NCBI GenBank assembly: GCA_965207885.1
Contig: OZ242311.1
Span: 5,440,001 to 5,504,000 of the forward strand
DNA length: 64,000 bases
Source of the DNA: Candidatus Latescibacterota bacterium
Lineage (GTDB): Bacteria > Latescibacterota > UBA2968
Reading direction: 5' to 3'
Of the stretch, positions 57,626 to 64,000 are shown piece by piece. The position numbers and the translations under genes were made by a program. Position 1 is the stretch's first letter. Every line of letters begins with the position of its first letter. Below the pieces are notes generated by a model, which worked only from the letters and a program-made list of their open reading frames with translations, was not told the DNA's origin and made no database searches.

Positions 57626-58387
57626 TCACGGTGACCACAGACCCCAATCTTCCGTCTTCTTCCAGCGGGTCTGACATCCTTGGCAAGAGCAAAAATACCG
57701 CATCATCCAGCGCGGATGCCCACCCACATTTGCCGTGCCATTATGTCCAAACAAATAAGTAAAAAACAACACATCCCCGCGTTTTGGCGTTAACTCAATC
57801 GGATCGCCCAAATCCAGCCTGGGAATATCCCGATTCAGGTGAAACAGGTATTTGTACTTTTCTCGATCCGACTCTGCAAGCGCGAGAATCTTTCGATGCG
57901 AACCGGGAAAAATCGCCGTCCCACCCCCTTTATGTTTCACATCGCTCAAAAATACCAGACTCGCAATGCGATAAGGACCGGGAAACGTCTCGTGCATGTG
58001 TTCTTTGGGAATGCCATCGACGTGCGCCCTGGGCAAAGACCACTCTCCATTGACCGGAACTTTATTCTGCGTGTGAACCGCTTCAGGTGGATGCACATCA
58101 TCTTCGCCGATCAACTCAGCCGTCGCCTTCAAATAGTGCGGCGTTACACAGGCCATCAAATCCCGATCGCGAAGACCGTTGAACACCGACAGTCCCCGCG
58201 CAGCCTGAAAACCATCAACACCTTCGGGTTTTCGATGCCAGGTCTCAGGCTCATCCGGCACCATACCCATAATCCGCCACATCGCCTCTTCTGCTCTTTC
58301 CGCCACATCTTCGGGAATCAAACCCGACGCCAGAAGATACCCATCTCTTTCGTATTGCGCGCGTTGCGCCTCCGTCAAAACACCCAT
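57626..58387 (-). CDS. PhyH-family Fe(II)/2OG dioxygenase
   Basis: YERDGYL, AHVDG, GGGTAIFPGSH, GDVLF..FGHNG, PR. Confidence 0.82.
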   Translation of the reverse strand: MGVLTEAQRAQYERDGYLLASGLIPEDVAERAEEAMWRIMGMVPDEPETWHRKPEGVDGFQAARGLSVFNGLRDRDLMACVTPHYLKATAELIGEDDVHPPEAVHTQNKVPVNGEWSLPRAHVDGIPKEHMHETFPGPYRIASLVFLSDVKHKGGGTAIFPGSHRKILALAESDREKYKYLFHLNRDIPRLDLGDPIELTPKRGDVLFFTYLFGHNGTANVGGHPRWMMRYFCSCQGCQTRWKKTEDWGLWSP

Positions 58388-58407
58388 GGGATTCCTCCAT
58401 CAATCCT

Positions 58408-59268
58408 TCAATTCCACGACGTCACACCCAACAACTTCTCACCCAATTCCGTCAACTTCGCCGGCTCCTGCGTCTTGTGTTCCCAATCCCTCGGATCACC
58501 CGGCCAGCGGGGCGTGGGCCTGCAATCTCGCCATGCCTGAATGCGCTCTTCCCGCTCTGCCTCTCCCCGACCCTCTGCCGGCGACATCGTAATATACTGC
58601 GCCAAACGGGGCCTATCCGAGCGATTGTGCCCATTGCCGTGTGCCAGCAACCGATGCCAGATCAAAAGATCGCCCGCCCTGCCCGGAATCGACTTCACTT
58701 CCAGATCATCCAGATTGGGTCGCCGGGGATCGCGATCCTCTGGCTGCGTCTTGACCCACTCCTCAAAAATATTATTAAACCCCGGCACACACTGAAACCC
58801 GCCCTGATCCTCTGAAGTATCCGTCAAATACAACACCCCCTGCACCCCAAAAGGCACTTTGGGCACAGACGTATCCGTATCCCAGTGAATCATGCCCTCA
58901 TTTTGCCAATCGGGTTTATCCGCCCGCGAAGGCGGCTTCATATTCGCGCGATCCAGGGACACCCACAACTTTTCCGTACCCCAAATTTCGGAAAACGCCT
59001 GATGCAAGCGGGGATACTGCCGGTTATCCCACAACGCCTGATGCTGGTAAATCTCCACCATCCCCGATGCCGCAATCATCGAACACGGATTCCCGCGCGT
59101 ATAGGGTTTGTACTTGTACCAATCCTCCGGATTATCGCGATCCATCTCCAAAAATGTCCAGACCGTATCCACCATCGCATCCAAATTTTCCTGCGGCACC
59201 GCATTGTGTACCACCACATACCCATTCTCCCGCCAAAAATCCCAATCCTTCTCGCTCAAAACTGGCAT
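58408..59268 (-). CDS. PhyH-family Fe(II)/2OG dioxygenase
   Basis: WRENGYV, IHWD, QGGFQCVPG, AGDLLIWH..LAHGN, PRLAQY. Confidence 0.88.
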   Translation of the reverse strand: MPVLSEKDWDFWRENGYVVVHNAVPQENLDAMVDTVWTFLEMDRDNPEDWYKYKPYTRGNPCSMIAASGMVEIYQHQALWDNRQYPRLHQAFSEIWGTEKLWVSLDRANMKPPSRADKPDWQNEGMIHWDTDTSVPKVPFGVQGVLYLTDTSEDQGGFQCVPGFNNIFEEWVKTQPEDRDPRRPNLDDLEVKSIPGRAGDLLIWHRLLAHGNGHNRSDRPRLAQYITMSPAEGRGEAEREERIQAWRDCRPTPRWPGDPRDWEHKTQEPAKLTELGEKLLGVTSWN

Positions 59269-59303
59269 CTTTGTTCTCCTTTTCTTTGAAGTACTCCCCG
59301 CAC

Positions 59304-59364
59304 CTTCACCCTTCTCACTTCACCCTTCTCACTTCACCCTTCTCACTTCACCCTTCTCACTTCA
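59304..59364. repeat. 14-bp tandem repeat (CTTCACCCTTCTCA)x4 plus CTTCA
   Basis: Read directly; overlaps the stop codon of the upstream dehydrogenase. Confidence 0.95.
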
Positions 59365-60245
59365 GCCCCCGCAGTCTTCTCCGCCACCTTAATCGACGCT
59401 GTCTGATCTTCATCGCCCAACCCCATCCCCATCGCTATAGTCTGAATCTGATACGCAGCTGCGCCCATCAAATTTGTCGCCCCCAGTGAAGCGGCCATCT
59501 GTGCAGCCAACCCGAGATCCTTATGCGACAATCTCAGCTTAAAATAGGGATCAAAATTTCGCACCAGGGCGCGGCGCTTAAAACTCCCCTGCAAATGCGA
59601 CGAATTTGCAGCCGTATTCGACATCACATTCCACAACACACCCACATCCAATCCCGCGGCAGCACCCATCGCAAAAGCCTCACCCAACAGCGTAGCAACC
59701 GAACACGACACCAGATTATTGACCAGCTTAGTCGTCACACCCATGCCCAACTCACCACAATAAAACTGCTCATCGCCCAGAGTATCCAGCACATCTTGCA
59801 CAGACGCCACCACATCGGCATCGCCGCCAATCATCAGCGTCAATCCACCCCGTGCCGCATCTGCCGGCCCCTTGCCCACGGGCACATCCAGCATATACCC
59901 GCCCTTTTCCGCTATAACCCTGCCAACCTTGCGCGTCGTATCCGGGTCAATCGAACTCATATCAATATAAACCTGCCCCTCCGACAACCCGGAAACAATA
60001 CCATCCGGTCCCAAAGCGACTTGCTCAACAGCCTGTGGCGTCGGCAGCGAAGAAATAACAACCTCCGACTGCTCGGCAACCGCCCGGGGCGTATTCACCC
60101 CCGTAGCCCCCTTCTCCTGCAAAACCTGCACCGCTTCATCGCGCAAATCGTGAACCGCAACATCATAGCCATTCGCAACCAAATGACTCGCCATCCCACC
60201 ACCCATCATCCCAAGCCCCACATATCCCAATTTTCGTTTCACCAT
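59343..60245 (-). CDS. 3-hydroxyisobutyrate/tartronate-semialdehyde-type NAD(P)-dependent dehydrogenase
   Basis: VGLGMMG, IDMSS, LTLMIGG, KLVNN, KDL. Confidence 0.9.
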   Translation of the reverse strand: MVKRKLGYVGLGMMGGGMASHLVANGYDVAVHDLRDEAVQVLQEKGATGVNTPRAVAEQSEVVISSLPTPQAVEQVALGPDGIVSGLSEGQVYIDMSSIDPDTTRKVGRVIAEKGGYMLDVPVGKGPADAARGGLTLMIGGDADVVASVQDVLDTLGDEQFYCGELGMGVTTKLVNNLVSCSVATLLGEAFAMGAAAGLDVGVLWNVMSNTAANSSHLQGSFKRRALVRNFDPYFKLRLSHKDLGLAAQMAASLGATNLMGAAAYQIQTIAMGMGLGDEDQTASIKVAEKTAGAEVRRVK

Positions 60246-60268
60246 CTCACCTCTTCAAATGCTAAATG

Positions 60269-60742
60269 TTAATCATCTCTCGGAGCCGGATGGATCGGAT
60301 CCACCCAATACACCTTCTCCGGCTCTTCAACAACCGGAATATCCAGATTCACCACCACAGGCTCCTGATCGCTGCGCACCAGCACGCACTCCAAAGGCTC
60401 ATCCGCACTGGCATTGATCTCCTGATGCGGCACATAGGGTGGCACATAAATAAAATCACCCGGACCCGCCTCTGCCACATACTCCAACTGATCGCCCCAC
60501 CGCATGCGCGCCCTCCCGCTCACCACATAAATCACACTCTCCAGCGCCCCGTGATGATGCGCCCCGGTCTTTGCATTCGGATGAATCTCAACCGTACCCG
60601 CCCACAGCTTCTCGGCCCCTGCACTCGCGCGATTAATCGCCGCCGCCCGGGTCATCCCCGGTGTCTGTGGCGTATTAAAATCCAACTGATCGCCCGTCAC
60701 CACCCGCACCCCCTGATTTCGCCAATCCTTATTTTCTGACAT
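60269..60742 (-). CDS. Cupin-domain protein
   Basis: TGAHHHGALES, GDFIYVPPYVPHQE. Confidence 0.9.
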   Translation of the reverse strand: MSENKDWRNQGVRVVTGDQLDFNTPQTPGMTRAAAINRASAGAEKLWAGTVEIHPNAKTGAHHHGALESVIYVVSGRARMRWGDQLEYVAEAGPGDFIYVPPYVPHQEINASADEPLECVLVRSDQEPVVVNLDIPVVEEPEKVYWVDPIHPAPRDD

Positions 60743-60762
60743 AACACCTCCATCCAGAGCGC

Positions 60763-62229
60763 CTATCCAATCGCCTCGCGCTCGCGCCAGCGATACATCC
60801 GCAAAGCCGGATCATTGGTCTCCACCATCCACTGCTGCAACCGCACCTTTAATCGCGCCAGATCATCGGCATAATCGGGATCATCAATCACATTATTCAT
60901 CTCATGGGGATCGTTCTTCAGATCGTACAACTCGTCCTGCCCCGTCAAATTGCACCCGTATTTCAAATCTCCCATACGCAGCATCTTCATCGACGTAGCC
61001 ACATTGCCCAAACCCAAAAACTCGGTCACCACAGCATCCCGCCAGTCCGTCGCCTCACCGCGAACAAGCGGCAAAAGCGACGCACCGTGAATCGCATCCC
61101 CATCGTAATCTCCACCAGCTAGATCCAAAATCGTGGGATACATATCCGCCAGCGAAGCAAACTCTGAAATGCGCGCTCCCGCATGCGAACCATCCGGCAG
61201 CCGGATAATCATCGGAACATGATGCGTCTCTTCAAAATGATGCCACCCCTTATCCAGCAACCCCCCGTGACTGCCCAGCGTCTCGCCGTGATCCGCCGTA
61301 AAAATCAGCACCGTATTGTCCAATTCCCCACTCGCCTTCAAATAATCGTACAACCGACCAATCTGACTGTCAATCATCGACACCCGCGCATAATAATAGC
61401 GCACCGCCATCGCCCAATCTTCCCACGTCAAATTCTCCTTATCCCAGTGAATCTTCAAATGATGCGGACCGGGAATCTCCCGCGAGGGCCACTCGTAATT
61501 TCCCCACGGCGGAATCTCCACATCCCGATACCAATCCACAAACTCTCCCGTCGCGTGATACGGCCCGTGCGGTCCCCAAAAATTCAAACTGATAAAATAC
61601 GGCAAATCGCGCTCCCGAAACGACCTGCTCATCTCAATCACATTATCCACCAGATAAGCCGGCACAGAAGCCTCAGTTGGTACAGTCAACTCACCCACCC
61701 CATTGCGGACCATCGTAGTCGCCTCAGCCCAGGGCTTCACGCCCGGCTCATAACCCTTTGCCCGCGCCCATGCCCGATAATCCGAATAACTCGAACCAGC
61801 CCCGCCGTGCCCGGCAAAATCCTGTCCTTCATATCCGATACGCGAAGGTGAAGATGGCCTATTCGACCCCTGAAATGTCTGCGTCTTCTCAGAACCGAGA
61901 TGCCACTTCCCCGTATATCCCGTCCCATAACCCGCCGCTTGCAGACGCCGCGACAAAAGTTCGGGCCGGTCCTCCAACTCGTGAACACTACACCCCACCT
62001 CGTGGATATTTGACGTAATGCCATGGGTATGCGGATACACACCCGTTTGCAGCGTCCCCCGCGTCGGACTACACACCGGATAAACCGTATAAGCATTCTC
62101 AAACAACACGCCCTCTGCTGCAAGGCGGTCAATATTCGGCGTACGACAAGGCGTCTCGCCATAAGCTCCCACGCCCGACAGACGATGTTGATCGGTCAAA
62201 ATAAAAATAATGTTGGGCCTATCAATCAT
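60763..62229 (-). CDS. Formylglycine-dependent sulfatase
   Basis: LTDQHR, CSPTR, GKWHLG, GPHGP, FTADHGE, ELYDL..DP. Confidence 0.93.
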   Translation of the reverse strand: MIDRPNIIFILTDQHRLSGVGAYGETPCRTPNIDRLAAEGVLFENAYTVYPVCSPTRGTLQTGVYPHTHGITSNIHEVGCSVHELEDRPELLSRRLQAAGYGTGYTGKWHLGSEKTQTFQGSNRPSSPSRIGYEGQDFAGHGGAGSSYSDYRAWARAKGYEPGVKPWAEATTMVRNGVGELTVPTEASVPAYLVDNVIEMSRSFRERDLPYFISLNFWGPHGPYHATGEFVDWYRDVEIPPWGNYEWPSREIPGPHHLKIHWDKENLTWEDWAMAVRYYYARVSMIDSQIGRLYDYLKASGELDNTVLIFTADHGETLGSHGGLLDKGWHHFEETHHVPMIIRLPDGSHAGARISEFASLADMYPTILDLAGGDYDGDAIHGASLLPLVRGEATDWRDAVVTEFLGLGNVATSMKMLRMGDLKYGCNLTGQDELYDLKNDPHEMNNVIDDPDYADDLARLKVRLQQWMVETNDPALRMYRWREREAIG

Positions 62230-62312
62230 ACAATCGCTCCACTTGACCTATAATCATTGAATGGTTATCGTTTAATATGAAAAATTGCTCAGAAATAGGA
62301 GACCATAAGACC

Positions 62313-62549
62313 ATGAATATCTTTGAAACCAACTGGTATCGAGATATAAAGTCTAAAATCATCCCTGGTGACAACCTTAGAATCTATCGCCAAAATCACA
62401 ATATGACTCAGGCCGAATTGGGCCGAAAATTGGGCAATATACCCCGTCAGCATATTTCCAACATGGAACGGGACCTACGCACAATCAGTCTGAAAAATGC
62501 GCGCAAATTAGCCGTCATCTTTGACGTATCTCCCGAGAAATTCATCTGA
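62313..62549 (+). CDS. XRE-family HTH protein (orphan antitoxin-like)
   Basis: LRIYR..MTQAELG..LG.IPRQHISNMER..R.IS; AGGAG upstream. Alternative start at 62277. Confidence 0.82.
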   Translation: MNIFETNWYRDIKSKIIPGDNLRIYRQNHNMTQAELGRKLGNIPRQHISNMERDLRTISLKNARKLAVIFDVSPEKFI

Positions 62550-62570
62550 ACTTTGTATCCAATGTACCCA

Positions 62571-63332
62571 CTACATCCCCTCCCAATACTCCCACATATC
62601 ATCTGGTGTCTCAAACTGCAACTCATTCCAATTTTTCCACTTAAACCGCGTAAACAACCCCATGCGGATATTGCGACTGCAATTCTTACTCGCGCTGTGA
62701 ACCATCAAACCGTGCCAGAAAATCACCGTACCTGCAGGACCTGTGATCTCCATTGGATCGGGCAAATCAATAATCGTCCCCATGTGAATCTGAGTGGCTG
62801 GCTCACTGGGATCTAAAAACTGGCGGTTCACGCTCAGCAAAGAATGCGACTTAAAATAATCCGCCATCTTCGCATGCGTACCGGGCCACACGCAAAATCC
62901 ACCCGAGCGAGGCTTGATATCACAGAGATAAACGGTTGCGGCAATCGTAAAACCAGCCACCGTCAAATCCTTTTGCCCATAGCCATCCACATGCCCCCCT
63001 GAAGGCTTTGACCACTTATCCGCACCCGTGGGATAGCGGAACAACGGCGTCGGCTCAGCCCACTCGGTCAGCCGCCCTTTGCCCGCCATCTCTTCGGCCA
63101 TATCAAACACGCCGTAATCATACACAATAGATCGGTGCAACATCGGATCACTACTCTCGGGCTTTTTCGGCTCGGCATTCACCCACGTCTGCGGATCGCA
63201 GCGATCTGCCCAAACACCGTGCCACAGGCCATCTACAGCGCGCTCAATCAAATCCTCGGGCAAAACATCCCGCTTAACCAGATACCCATTATCTTTAAAA
63301 AACTGTTTCTCATCATGAGTAAGTAACCCCAT
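62571..63332 (-). CDS. PhyH-family Fe(II)/2OG dioxygenase
   Basis: FFKDNGYL, GHVDG, GGFCVWPGTH, AGTVIFWH..MVHSAS.N, R. Confidence 0.85.
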   Translation of the reverse strand: MGLLTHDEKQFFKDNGYLVKRDVLPEDLIERAVDGLWHGVWADRCDPQTWVNAEPKKPESSDPMLHRSIVYDYGVFDMAEEMAGKGRLTEWAEPTPLFRYPTGADKWSKPSGGHVDGYGQKDLTVAGFTIAATVYLCDIKPRSGGFCVWPGTHAKMADYFKSHSLLSVNRQFLDPSEPATQIHMGTIIDLPDPMEITGPAGTVIFWHGLMVHSASKNCSRNIRMGLFTRFKWKNWNELQFETPDDMWEYWEGM

Positions 63333-63363
63333 GATACACTCCCTTTATACAAAACGCTTACCA

Positions 63364-63386
63364 ATGATATCAGATTATGCTATCAT
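63364..63386 (+). promoter_or_regulatory. Inverted repeat, candidate HicB operator
   Basis: ATGATATCA-gatta-TGCTATCAT (8 of 9 arm positions complementary), ending 7 nt before the ATG. Confidence 0.6.
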
Positions 63387-63393
63387 CTAAACA

Positions 63394-63738
63394 ATGAACA
63401 AAATGAACACTATGACACATAAAGGATATGCTGCTCGTATTGAATACAGCGACGAAGACCATTGCTTTATTGGTCACATAGCGGGCATCAACGACATCGT
63501 GGGTTTTCACGGCGATTCGGTTGCACAACTGCGTACTGCATTTGAAGAAGCAGTGGAAGATTATCTCGAAACCTGTGAAAAATTAAATCGCTCTCCACAA
63601 AAGCCCTATTCTGGCAATCTAATGTTGCGCCTTCCCCCAGAAGTTCACGCAGCAATTGCCACAGCTGCCGAAGTCAGTGGCAAAAGCATCAATCAATGGA
63701 CAACCGATACACTCGCTGATATCCTGCAGACATACTAA
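63394..63738 (+). CDS. hicB: HicB-family antitoxin with C-terminal RHH domain (no toxin gene)
   Basis: HKGYAARIEYS.ED..FIGHIAGI.D.VGFHG.SV..L..AFEEAVEDYL..C..PQKPYSG.LMLR.PPEVH...SINQW. Confidence 0.9.
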   Translation: MNKMNTMTHKGYAARIEYSDEDHCFIGHIAGINDIVGFHGDSVAQLRTAFEEAVEDYLETCEKLNRSPQKPYSGNLMLRLPPEVHAAIATAAEVSGKSINQWTTDTLADILQTY

Positions 63739-63740
63739 CA

Positions 63741-64000
63741 CTAAGCCGCCACGGCTTTCTCACCCAAATGCGCCTCAATCCACGTCTTCAAAGGCACATC
63801 CTCGGGTTTGGGCGACGTATATCCAAAACCACCTGAAGGACTCGCCCCCAACAACTGTCTGCGAATGGGATCGCTACGCTCCAAAAAATGATCCACCGTC
63901 ATATTGTCGCGGGGTCGCAACCAGCGGTAGCTATAGCCGTAAAACAGCGTACGCCTGGGCGAATTCCAATAATTGGTACTGCTCGAATGCCAGATACGCC
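63741..64000 (-). CDS. PhyH-family dioxygenase, C-terminal part (5' end off the window)
   Basis: Manual translation RIWHSSSTNYWNSPRRTLFYGYSYRWLRPRD...DPIRRQLLG...VAA*. Confidence 0.75.
   Translation of the reverse strand, partial: RIWHSSSTNYWNSPRRTLFYGYSYRWLRPRDNMTVDHFLERSDPIRRQLLGASPSGGFGYTSPKPEDVPLKTWIEAHLGEKAVAA

Noticed and set aside
59304-59364. CRISPR array
   Set aside because: Contiguous 14-bp units without spacers and no cas genes.

Overview
Gene-dense bacterial window with about 60 CDS, most on the - strand. The + strand is visibly C/A-rich. No rRNA, tRNA, CRISPR array, transposase or integrase was seen. Left to right: (1) a cobalamin-riboswitch-controlled corrinoid uptake and salvage operon (btuF-like SBP, BtuB-like TonB receptor, a beta-propeller with a dockerin/EF-hand-like tail, cobO, cbiZ, cbiB, an intercalated hicB-hicA pair, ABC ATPase and permease); (2) a housekeeping block (rpmG, rpmB, hinT, yidD, folE2, sufE, hemB, cysS, lgt) joined to an orphan DNA adenine MTase and a run of four lipoproteins (FG-GAP, cytochrome c, PCuAC, SCO); (3) a long catabolic tract with 7 PhyH-type Fe/2OG dioxygenases, 2 sulfatases, 2 enolase-superfamily enzymes, a TPP enzyme, oxidoreductases, a SusC/SusD pair and a lone RND pump, with small TA-derived genes scattered through it. 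This content suggests an FCB-group bacterium of the Latescibacterota/Gemmatimonadota type often recovered from sponges (inference only). The best leads are: the B12 operon's non-lipoprotein BtuG-like propeller with a dockerin-like tail; a 130-bp duplicated leader/signal-peptide cassette fused to a high-GC FG-GAP domain; a signal peptidase I homologue with Ala at the catalytic Ser; a K-channel-like pore with a rewritten filter; a PhyH enzyme lacking the facial-triad Asp; and rearranged or toxin-less TA modules. All family assignments come from motif recognition by eye, not database searches.
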